Below are positions 1-7,864 of a stretch of 44,390 bases of DNA, in pieces (positions within the stretch are counted from its first letter, which is position 1; every line of letters begins with the position of its first letter). The position numbers and the translations under genes are program-made. Source of the DNA: Pseudomonadales bacterium (GTDB taxonomy: Bacteria; Pseudomonadota; Gammaproteobacteria; Pseudomonadales; JAUIET01); assembly GCA_051008535.1 (NCBI GenBank), contig JBPCXM010000619.1, positions 1-44,390 on the forward strand, read 5' to 3'. The notes beneath the pieces are model-generated. The model made no database searches. It was given only the letters and a program-made list of their open reading frames with translations, and had not been told where the DNA came from.

Positions 1-1272
1 CTTCGCTTGTTGTTGTGAGAACTCACCGGTCGCCAATGCCGCCTGCGCCGACGTGCCCGGCCGCAAACTAAACGCCGGTAGGAAGCAACCCGGGCATTGC
101 CCACAGTTTTGCCAATCGTCTTGAGTAATTCCTTTCACGGTGAGATGACCCGACGCGCCGGCGGCGACATGATTCATCTTTGCCTGTTCCACCTGTGTTT
201 CGCATTGCGCAGATTCGGGATCGCCGCATTGGCGACGAATAATCTCCCCGGCTTGCCAGCAGCAAGGAATATAAGCGTCGGCGGGTGGCGGGCAGTAAGC
301 CTTGCCAGCCACGTCGTAAGCGACCCCGCGCCAGGAACGATACTCTTCGGAGTTGCCATGCCCAGAGAAAACCTCGATTAAATTTTGCCGATCGCCACCA
401 GCGGAGTCGCCGTGGAGTTGCTTTTCCCAGTTGCTGCCCGGCGGTGTATAAAGACCCCAGGCGTTGCCATGCGGAATAACTATGTATTCGCTGCGCCACT
501 CATTAAGGCGGGCAAACAGATCAGCAGGCGTGCCCGCTGATTCGTGGCAATCTACGGGCAGCTTGGTGCTGTTAACTGCCGGGTCGCAGGCTTTCGTCCC
601 AAACGACTGCAATGTGTATTTCAAATACTGCCAATGCTCGGCCCTGTTCGCCGGATCATAAAAAGGCCGCAGTAGCCGGTCTTTGAGCACATCCCAATAC
701 GGCATACCGACATTAAATTGATTGGAACCATCACTGCTGCTAATTGGCCGGGCCGGCAGTTTGGCGTCGGCTAAATCGCGAAGAACAACGTTTTTGTGAC
801 CGTAGTGATTATCCGGCGAGGGTCCAATCTGGGTCCACTCCCAGCCCAGAAAAGACACCATATCGGGATTGTTAGCACTACCGGAGACGGCGTTGCATTG
901 CCGAATCAGGTCGCGGGTATTTTGCCAACGCGCGGGGCTGAGAAACTCGGCGTGGTCGTTGATGCTCCAGAAGTCCAATCGCGAACAATAGCGGGCAAAG
1001 TCGCACGCGTCGGCCGGTGGGTGAGCGCCATCGCCACCAAAAAAACTCAGGCTTTTTTCGAATGCATCCATGGAGTAAGTGGTGTGCACGTGCAAGTCGC
1101 CGAATAAGATTTGCGTGCCATTAGCCTGCGGCCCGGTTGCGGTTAACGCGCGCGCTACGGTACTCGGCTTGCCCACAGCTTCATATACATCTTGGCCGCA
1201 GCTGCAGAGTAGTAAGCCGAGCGCGGTATATGCAACAACAATAGCGACATTGTGGAGAGGTTTATGCTTCAT
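1..1272 (-). CDS. DUF3604 (PHP-like metallohydrolase) family protein, probable lipoprotein; C-terminus runs off the window start
   Basis: Not in the ORF track because it has no stop in the window. Manual translation from ATG 1272 (GTG 1275 is an alternative) is open to base 1: MKHKPLHNVAIVVAYTALGLLLCSC...ILFGDLHVHTTYSMDAF...LDFWSINDHAE...FLGWEWT...HYGHKNV...IPHGNAW...IEVFSGHGNSE. The GDLHxHT and DH.E motifs match those of 4059..5924. Confidence 0.85.
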   Translation of the reverse strand, partial: MKHKPLHNVAIVVAYTALGLLLCSCGQDVYEAVGKPSTVARALTATGPQANGTQILFGDLHVHTTYSMDAFEKSLSFFGGDGAHPPADACDFARYCSRLDFWSINDHAEFLSPARWQNTRDLIRQCNAVSGSANNPDMVSFLGWEWTQIGPSPDNHYGHKNVVLRDLADAKLPARPISSSDGSNQFNVGMPYWDVLKDRLLRPFYDPANRAEHWQYLKYTLQSFGTKACDPAVNSTKLPVDCHESAGTPADLFARLNEWRSEYIVIPHGNAWGLYTPPGSNWEKQLHGDSAGGDRQNLIEVFSGHGNSEEYRSWRGVAYDVAGKAYCPPPADAYIPCCWQAGEIIRRQCGDPESAQCETQVEQAKMNHVAAGASGHLTVKGITQDDWQNCGQCPGCFLPAFSLRPGTSAQAALATGEFSQQQAK

Positions 1273-1301
1273 CACGGCATTGCGCAAACTTATGTGGCAG
1301 T

Positions 1302-1670
1302 TTAGTCAGCTTGCACTTCCTTTATTGCGTTTTCGACTGGCCCAAGCATAGAAGCGGCGCGCGGGTAACCGGAATACTGGGCAATCATCAACAATAGCTC
1401 GCGCAATTCATCCGCCGTCAATTCTCCATTTTTTAGCGCAGCTTTAGCCTGTATACCGAAAGTCATGGATTCACCTTTTTCGGCGATGATACCGAGCAAC
1501 AACAGGCGACGATCACGTATCGACAGAACATCTCGTGACCACACCTCGGCAAACAGCTGCTCAAGCATGACATCGGTAAAAGTATAACCTTCTTCGGGAA
1601 CAACCACGTCGCCTGCATATACTTTGTTAATTACCTGCAAGCCTTTGGCCCGGCGTTCAGAATCGCTCAT
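1302..1670 (-). CDS. carboxymuconolactone decarboxylase (CMD) family protein
   Basis: F.EVWSR..LS.RDRRLL and ALKNG.LT.DELRELL....YSGYP motifs; 4-bp overlap with the upstream gene. Confidence 0.85.
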   Translation of the reverse strand: MSDSERRAKGLQVINKVYAGDVVVPEEGYTFTDVMLEQLFAEVWSRDVLSIRDRRLLLLGIIAEKGESMTFGIQAKAALKNGELTADELRELLLMIAQYSGYPRAASMLGPVENAIKEVQAD

Positions 1671-2170
1671 TTAGATTTCTCCTCACTTTTGATGTGTGGG
1701 GAAGCGTGACGACACCGCAGCATAAAAGACGCCCGCAGCCGAAACACCTCTTCCTCTTTTTGATTGTACATCTGGCAGCATGACCGCACGATGCCTGCGG
1801 CCGAGTTGCTTTTCGAGTGCCGCGTTTCTTCAACGGTAGCGATGTTGACCAGCGTATCGCCGGCATAGACCGGCTTTAGCATTCGCAACTGATCAAATCC
1901 CAGTGATGCTAATGGTTGCTGCACGGCACCACTTTCCCACTGTTGACTGATGGCACAAAATATCGAAAAGATATGCGCGGAACAGCAAGTGAGCCCACCA
2001 AAAATAGACTCTATTGCCACCTCCTCATCAATATGAAACGGCTGTGGGTCCCATTGCTTGGCGAAATCTATAATCTCTTGCTTGTCAACCGTGTAGCTGA
2101 TAGAGCGATGTTGTTGTCCAATAGTGTAATCTTCGAAATAAAACGGCTCGCCCCGCATTTTACTCATCAC
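1667..2170 (-). CDS. MaoC-like hot-dog dehydratase / (R)-hydratase
   Basis: YFEDY.IG and FA.QWDPQPFHIDEE.A..S.FGGL hydratase motif; LR...PVYAGDTL. Confidence 0.85.
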   Translation of the reverse strand: MMSKMRGEPFYFEDYTIGQQHRSISYTVDKQEIIDFAKQWDPQPFHIDEEVAIESIFGGLTCCSAHIFSIFCAISQQWESGAVQQPLASLGFDQLRMLKPVYAGDTLVNIATVEETRHSKSNSAAGIVRSCCQMYNQKEEEVFRLRASFMLRCRHASPHIKSEEKSK

Positions 2171-2179
2171 TGTGTAGTC

Positions 2180-2992
2180 CTAAATCAAGGGGGTGATAAT
2201 ATCTAGCAGGAAAAATACCAACATGCTCGCCGCAAGCGCTTCGACAATCACTTTGGACAAAGGCCAATTTTCGTCTGCAGCCTCGTCAATGCGATAAGCA
2301 AAGGGAAAACTCACCAGAAAATAGCAGGCATAGAACGCTGAGCCGTACTTCAGCATCCAACCCAAGTCTTTGTAGTAGAAGAAAGGCTTATTGGCATCGG
2401 TCGCTACCAGTCTCGTTTCAGCCCAGGCAAAAAAATACGCAAACACAACAGTGACTATAACCACAACCCAGGGACCAATGTTGAGGCGCGACGTAAATAT
2501 TCGGCGCATAAAAACAAAGGCCAAACTGTGATAAACGACAAAAAAAGCGGCGGCGTTAAAATACATGCCTAGCGGGATTTTTTGTTCGCCGCTGCCAACC
2601 AACACAGCATCCCAGTAGAGGCTTACTTGTGGAAAGTGGTACACCATTCCGAGTACATCGAAAAAATACTCGGTAAAAAAATAGGTCGCCGCAAAAGCGA
2701 AGACATAGTTCCAAACGTTAAACTTAAACCAATACGTTTGGAACCAGCGGCGCCCAAAAGCTGTTTCATTGTGAATCAGCAATGGCACAATATACAACGG
2801 CGCGAGCATAATTATATTTTGCCCAATGTGCCAAAGATTACCAGCGTCCATCCAGCCGAACGCCTGCTTGCCCACATTGAGAAAAAAGAAGAAAGGCAGA
2901 TAACACAAAAAGAATTTTTCGCCCCAGGCTTTGCTAGGGTTTTTGGAGAACCAGTATCCCTTTTCGGAAGTAGCAATCACAGCATTTTGCAT
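2180..2992 (-). CDS. cycloeucalenol cycloisomerase (cyclopropylsterol isomerase, CPI1)-like polytopic membrane protein
   Basis: Collinear blocks against recalled Arabidopsis CPI1: WFSKNPSKAWGEKFFLCY vs WLAPNPSKRWGELFFLFY; YWFKFNVW..FAFAATYFFTEYFFDVLGMVYHFP vs YWVKANLW..FSYVGNYFWTHYFFKVLGASYTFP; FYACYFLVSFPFAYRIDE..ENWPLSKVIVEALAASMLVFFLLD vs FYAIYFIVSFPMFFRMDE..DEWDLSRVAVDALGAAMLVTIILD. Similar length. Confidence 0.85.
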   Translation of the reverse strand: MQNAVIATSEKGYWFSKNPSKAWGEKFFLCYLPFFFFLNVGKQAFGWMDAGNLWHIGQNIIMLAPLYIVPLLIHNETAFGRRWFQTYWFKFNVWNYVFAFAATYFFTEYFFDVLGMVYHFPQVSLYWDAVLVGSGEQKIPLGMYFNAAAFFVVYHSLAFVFMRRIFTSRLNIGPWVVVIVTVVFAYFFAWAETRLVATDANKPFFYYKDLGWMLKYGSAFYACYFLVSFPFAYRIDEAADENWPLSKVIVEALAASMLVFFLLDIITPLI

Positions 2993-2996
2993 TGGT

Positions 2997-4016
2997 TCAA
3001 CCTTGTGGAAACAATCTGGGCAGCTGTTGTTTTTGTAAATGTCCCGCCTCTACCAACCAGCACAAGCTATCGGCAAAGGTTTTTTCCGGATCGCAAAATG
3101 ACAAGCCAAGCTCGGTAAATTTTTCGCTCGGCTTTACGTTTGGCCACTGAGTACTATAACGCATCGTTTCCGCGGAGATGGGCGAATCGACCGTGGTAAA
3201 TAAGCGTCTGAAATCGTAGAACCGGCCCATCGCCCGAAAAACCCAACCTTTTGCCGGTACGCGCTTGAGTGTATAACCCGACACCTTTTCCAGTAAATCA
3301 GCTAACTGCGACCAGGTTAGGTAGGGGCCGGGTAGCAAGTAACGCGCTCCGCTAGTGGATTCTTCCAATAGAGTTACAATAAAAGACGCCAGGTCACGCA
3401 CATCAACGTGTTGCATACCACCTTCGGTAATTCGAAAGCCATCGTTAAAACGATGAATGAGCGCTTTGAAGGCATCAGACAAGCCGGGGTCGTTGGGGCC
3501 GATCACACCTCCCGGGTAGACGATATCCACAGCGGCACCGTTGTTCTGCATCTCGCGCACCGCCATATCGGCCTCAACCTTGCTACGCCCGTAAGGCATT
3601 CTGGAAGGCGACAGCGGTGCCTGTTCGGTTACCTTGCTAGCGTCAGTATTAAAAATGGCGGTGATACTGGAGACATGAACAATACGTCGGATGCCAACAT
3701 CAGCTGCAGTACCAATCACATGCTTCACGCCATCGACATTGGTTTTAAATAACACGGCGGTGTCGTCACCCTTGATAGGCGTAGCCGCGGCGGCATGTAC
3801 TACGGCGTCGCAACCTACTATTGCACTGCGCACGCTGGCAGCGTCGGTAACATCGCCGCGTTTCAGCGACAGCATCGATGTACCGGCCTGGGAATAGACG
3901 CTGCGCGCCTTACCCTCGTCACGCACCAACAGCTGCACTGCATGGCCCAGCCCGAGCAACTGCCGGGTAACATGAGAGCCAACAAAACCCGTGCCTCCAG
4001 TTACCAAAACTCGCAC
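2997..4016 (-). CDS. NAD-dependent epimerase/dehydratase family extended SDR (3-beta-HSD/HpnA/DFR-like)
   Basis: TGGTGFVG Rossmann motif, HAAA, HVSS, catalytic YGRSK, VDVRD; GTG start. Confidence 0.85.
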   Translation of the reverse strand: MRVLVTGGTGFVGSHVTRQLLGLGHAVQLLVRDEGKARSVYSQAGTSMLSLKRGDVTDAASVRSAIVGCDAVVHAAAATPIKGDDTAVLFKTNVDGVKHVIGTAADVGIRRIVHVSSITAIFNTDASKVTEQAPLSPSRMPYGRSKVEADMAVREMQNNGAAVDIVYPGGVIGPNDPGLSDAFKALIHRFNDGFRITEGGMQHVDVRDLASFIVTLLEESTSGARYLLPGPYLTWSQLADLLEKVSGYTLKRVPAKGWVFRAMGRFYDFRRLFTTVDSPISAETMRYSTQWPNVKPSEKFTELGLSFCDPEKTFADSLCWLVEAGHLQKQQLPRLFPQG

Positions 4017-4058
4017 TATCTAAACCCGAATCCACTAACAGCTTGATAAAAATGTGTT

Positions 4059-5924
4059 TTACGGCGCATACCAAATTGCAGAACTGATCGCCCTTTCCTG
4101 CAGAGTCGCCGGCTTTGGTGCAGCGATGCCCAACTTCCTCGCATCGTAGGTTGTCCAACGTGGTGTGGGAATTTCGATAACGCGCGCATAGTAAAACGCT
4201 TCATTGGTTGGATCAAAATCCGGATCGCTCCACACGGTCGCAAGCCTGCCCGCACCAATCACATTGGCGTAACTTGCATTGCGCACGTGGACGATGTTAC
4301 CGACAGAAGGGACTTTGCCAGTGACCGGATCCGGGACGCGTTCTCCCGAGGCGGCGACATCAAAGACTTTCTCATGGCTAGATCCGCTGGCGTCAACCCA
4401 ACCTTTGATAATCTGCACGCGGTCCAAATTGGCCCCCTCCGGGTCTTTCTCTGCCCATACCGCAAACGTCGGTGCTGCTACATTTTTCTGCTTGGGTGGC
4501 AACACACCTCCCATCGGCACCCCAGCTGCGTAAGCTTGCCTTACAGCATTCGTTCGGTCGAACAGCGATGTTGTATAGCGCCAACCGCCGAAAAAGCGCA
4601 GCCTAATTCGCGACCCCGAAGTTGCGTAAGTTTCCTTGCGTCGCATCGCGTCAAACAGGGAGGCGCGCGTGTTCTCCTCGGCCCATACTGCGGCCAAGCC
4701 TGCGGCACTCCACATCCCACCGCGGTTTTGACTCTTTGGCAGCAAAGTGGCTGTGTTCATGCGTAACGCGGCGCTGCCGTCCATGATTGGTAGCTTACCG
4801 TGGTAGTTATCCTCCTCCACCGGAGAGCTGGCGTTGTGACCGTCGCTGCTACCAATGACACCGAATTTGTATGGATTAAACCCCTCGCTATGCGACAATT
4901 CTAGTCCAGTGCGCAGTGCGTCGCGCATATAGCCCCCCTTAGCTTTGGCGATACCGCCCTTTTGCCTGAGCAACAGTTCATAGATTTCGAAATCCGCGAA
5001 TTCGTCTTCAGTCGATAGTATTGGATGCGTTTCCGATGTTCCTTTGACCTGCATGATCTCACTGATGGGTTCATAACGCATGCGCAGCGCCGCATATTTT
5101 TCCGACAGCGGCTCACCTTGGTAGTTACGTTTTTCCCACATTCTACCGTTGCTAACATTGCTATTATGCGGAATCGCAAACGCTTGCATGTCTCGCCTAT
5201 TCTGCTTATCAAGCAAGCGCCACAAATCTTCCGGGTTGGCGGAGTCCAGAGAGCTGTATGGTAGTTTCGGTACGCGCAGGCCACGGTAAATTACATTGCG
5301 GTGTAAATTGTCGCCGTCCGGCATAGAACTCCATTCGTAGGCAATAAAAGTGGTAAAAACGCCGGGTTGGTAATGTTGCTGAGCCGCGTCTATGGTCTGC
5401 TGCCAGGCGCTACGCATGACCAAATCGGCATCGTCATCGAATTCAATATCCTTTAAATCAAAACCCAGCACGGTTTGCAGATAGGTTTTGGTAATTGCGA
5501 AGCGACTGCCGTTGATCAACACATCACGCAATGAACGACGCGACAACGGCAGATCAGGATTCATCGCACGAACGACTCCCAAGTATTCCGAGTGGTCGGT
5601 AACAGCGGCAAAGTCCAGTGGTCGCGATATGCGAATCGGGTAGCCGGCAGCGTGCTCAATGGTCCCGCCCTTGGCAAAAGTGTAAGCGTCATCGGGCAGG
5701 GCCCGCACCCCCATCGTAAAGGCGTCGGTGGAAAGGCTGGTGTGAATATGCAGGTCGCCGAAAAAAACGTTCTTATCTGGATTAGCTGCTACGGCGGGTT
5801 TTACAGGTGGCGGTTTCGCGGCGCTTGGCTTGTAGTTTGGATACAAACTTGGATCGTGCACTCTGCTGCAACCGACCAGAGCGATCAGAACTAACGACAT
5901 GAATAATTTTCGCGGATTTATCAT
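4059..5924 (-). CDS. DUF3604 (PHP-like metallohydrolase) lipoprotein
   Basis: Lipobox LVGC; FGDLHIHTSLSTDAF, VTDHSEY, AYEWS, NLHRNVI, IPHNSN, EIMQVKG and GSSDGH motifs; C-terminal FYYARVIEIPTPRW..QERAISSAIWY. Confidence 0.88.
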   Translation of the reverse strand: MINPRKLFMSLVLIALVGCSRVHDPSLYPNYKPSAAKPPPVKPAVAANPDKNVFFGDLHIHTSLSTDAFTMGVRALPDDAYTFAKGGTIEHAAGYPIRISRPLDFAAVTDHSEYLGVVRAMNPDLPLSRRSLRDVLINGSRFAITKTYLQTVLGFDLKDIEFDDDADLVMRSAWQQTIDAAQQHYQPGVFTTFIAYEWSSMPDGDNLHRNVIYRGLRVPKLPYSSLDSANPEDLWRLLDKQNRRDMQAFAIPHNSNVSNGRMWEKRNYQGEPLSEKYAALRMRYEPISEIMQVKGTSETHPILSTEDEFADFEIYELLLRQKGGIAKAKGGYMRDALRTGLELSHSEGFNPYKFGVIGSSDGHNASSPVEEDNYHGKLPIMDGSAALRMNTATLLPKSQNRGGMWSAAGLAAVWAEENTRASLFDAMRRKETYATSGSRIRLRFFGGWRYTTSLFDRTNAVRQAYAAGVPMGGVLPPKQKNVAAPTFAVWAEKDPEGANLDRVQIIKGWVDASGSSHEKVFDVAASGERVPDPVTGKVPSVGNIVHVRNASYANVIGAGRLATVWSDPDFDPTNEAFYYARVIEIPTPRWTTYDARKLGIAAPKPATLQERAISSAIWYAP

Positions 5925-6197
5925 GTACGACTACGTGTTACCAGAAACGGCTGTACTATTGCGCACCTAAAAGGATTATTTTTCCTGCGCGGCGCAATCA
6001 TACAAGGAAAAAGGCCACGAGTCTCGGCGGAGGAAAAACCCGTGCACTGCGCTGGCATCGATTTCGTCGTTACGATGTTTAGACGACAACCTTTATGCAC
6101 AACGTTGTCGCGTGGACTTGACAGTAAGGATGGAAAGCAACAGGCTTGCCAGAACTAAGCCGCCTGCAGTGACCCGGCTTATTCTAGGAGCACAAGC

Positions 6198-6524
6198 ATG
6201 ATCATCAGCAATATCGAAATCATTCCCGGCAGAAAGGTGAACAAACACCTTGGTATGGTGCAGGGCAATACGGTACGCGCAAAACATGCCGGCAAAGACA
6301 TTATGGCCGGTTTCAAAAATATCTTTGGCGGTGAGCTCAAAAGTTATACCGAGTTGCTGCACGAGGCGCGCGAAGAGGCCGTGTCACGTATGGTGGCCCA
6401 AGCCAAAGCCATAGGTGCAAATGCTGTGCTAAATGTTCGATTCTCTACATCATCCATCACCGCCGGTGCCGCTGAGCTGTTTGCTTATGGCACGGCAGTC
6501 ATTCTGGATGATGAAACGTCATGA
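6198..6524 (+). CDS. YbjQ/UPF0145 family (putative heavy-metal-binding) protein
   Basis: GKDIMAGFKNIFGGELKSYTELL.EAREEA..RM..QA...GANAV.NVRF..AYGTAV; RBS AGGAG. Confidence 0.9.
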   Translation: MIISNIEIIPGRKVNKHLGMVQGNTVRAKHAGKDIMAGFKNIFGGELKSYTELLHEAREEAVSRMVAQAKAIGANAVLNVRFSTSSITAGAAELFAYGTAVILDDETS

Positions 6525-6997
6525 TGTTCGAATTGATTATATTCATCACTCTGGTTTTTCTCGGTTTCGTATTTGGACGACGCGCCGAGCAAAAGCACTT
6601 TAAATCCATTTTGCAGCGCGAACACGATTACGCCTCTTTGTTAACCTTCAGCGAGCGCTTTCCTCCGCCTGATCTTGACGTCAAGCAGTCTGCATTGGTA
6701 ATTGGCAGCGTGGTGATTTCCATTGACTATTTCAAGCGTATTGCCGCCGGCCTACGCAGTTTTTTCGGCGGCCGAATCGGCGCCTACGAATCGCTGATCG
6801 AACGCGCACGACGCGAAGCGATTCTACGCATGAAAGAAGAGGCTAAGGCTATGGGCGCAAGCATGATCGTTAACGTCAAGCTGGAAACTGCATCCATCAC
6901 CAAAGGTGCTGAAGATCAGGTCGGTGCAGTCGAGGTGTATGCTTATGGCACCGCCTTGGTAACGCCACAACAGCCAGCTATATCTACGGCCGCCTGA
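6521..6997 (+). CDS. YbjQ family protein with N-terminal membrane anchor
   Basis: N-terminal TM helix; FFGG.I..YESLIERARREAILRMKEEA..AYGTA; ATGA overlap with the upstream gene. Confidence 0.85.
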   Translation: MMFELIIFITLVFLGFVFGRRAEQKHFKSILQREHDYASLLTFSERFPPPDLDVKQSALVIGSVVISIDYFKRIAAGLRSFFGGRIGAYESLIERARREAILRMKEEAKAMGASMIVNVKLETASITKGAEDQVGAVEVYAYGTALVTPQQPAISTAA

Positions 6998-7002
6998 AAA
7001 CA

Positions 7003-7842
7003 GTGAAATACGAAAACCGCCAGGTTCCCGAAGGAATCAATGTCAGCAACGAACACCCGCTGAAGGAGTTCCTCGTACTACTGGCCGGCTTGATAGTGAT
7101 TATTATCGCCGTGGTATTCGTGTTAGCCATACTGGCACAATACATGGCACCGCTTATACCCTTCAGCACTGAGCAAAAACTACTCAGCAAAATAGAAACC
7201 GCATGGCAAGAGAGTGAGCCCGCAAGCAAGCACGATAAAAAAGTCCAACAGTACTTACAAGAACTGGGCGCCAATCTTGCCGCCGAAATGGATTTACCGG
7301 AGGCCATGCAACTCAATATTCGATATAGCAAAGACAAAACGGTCAACGCCTATGCTACGCTGGGCGGCAACGTCATGATGTATCGCGGCATGCTGCGCAA
7401 TCTGCCACATGAGAATGCCGTTGCTATGGTGCTCGCTCACGAGATCGCCCATATTAAACTACGCCATCCCATCGTCGCTGCCGGACGCGGAATAACAGTC
7501 GCACTCGCGCTGGCAAGCGTTACTGGGTTGAGCGACAACGGCCTGATAGCTGGCTTGATCAATCAAATTGGTCTGACCTCAACACTTGGCTTTAGCCGCC
7601 GCCAGGAAAGCAACGCCGACAAAGAGGCTTTGCGCGCCTTACAAAAACACTACGGTCACGTCAACGGAGCGGAAGTATTGTTCCAAGTATTAGGCGAACA
7701 CTCAGCGATGATATCACCGGCTTTCTTGAGCACACATCCGGGGAGCAAACAGCGCATACAGCGGATTAAAGATTTCGCCCAAGAGCACGCGAGCGGAGGC
7801 GATGTCACGGCTTTGCCTAACTTCTTACAGCTTCGCAAATAG
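7003..7842 (+). CDS. M48 family zinc metallopeptidase
   Basis: N-terminal TM; NAYATLGG, AHEIAH (HExxH), FSRRQESNAD, FLSTHP. Confidence 0.88.
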   Translation: MKYENRQVPEGINVSNEHPLKEFLVLLAGLIVIIIAVVFVLAILAQYMAPLIPFSTEQKLLSKIETAWQESEPASKHDKKVQQYLQELGANLAAEMDLPEAMQLNIRYSKDKTVNAYATLGGNVMMYRGMLRNLPHENAVAMVLAHEIAHIKLRHPIVAAGRGITVALALASVTGLSDNGLIAGLINQIGLTSTLGFSRRQESNADKEALRALQKHYGHVNGAEVLFQVLGEHSAMISPAFLSTHPGSKQRIQRIKDFAQEHASGGDVTALPNFLQLRK

Positions 7843-7864
7843 AATCCCCTCATTCACTGCGGCA

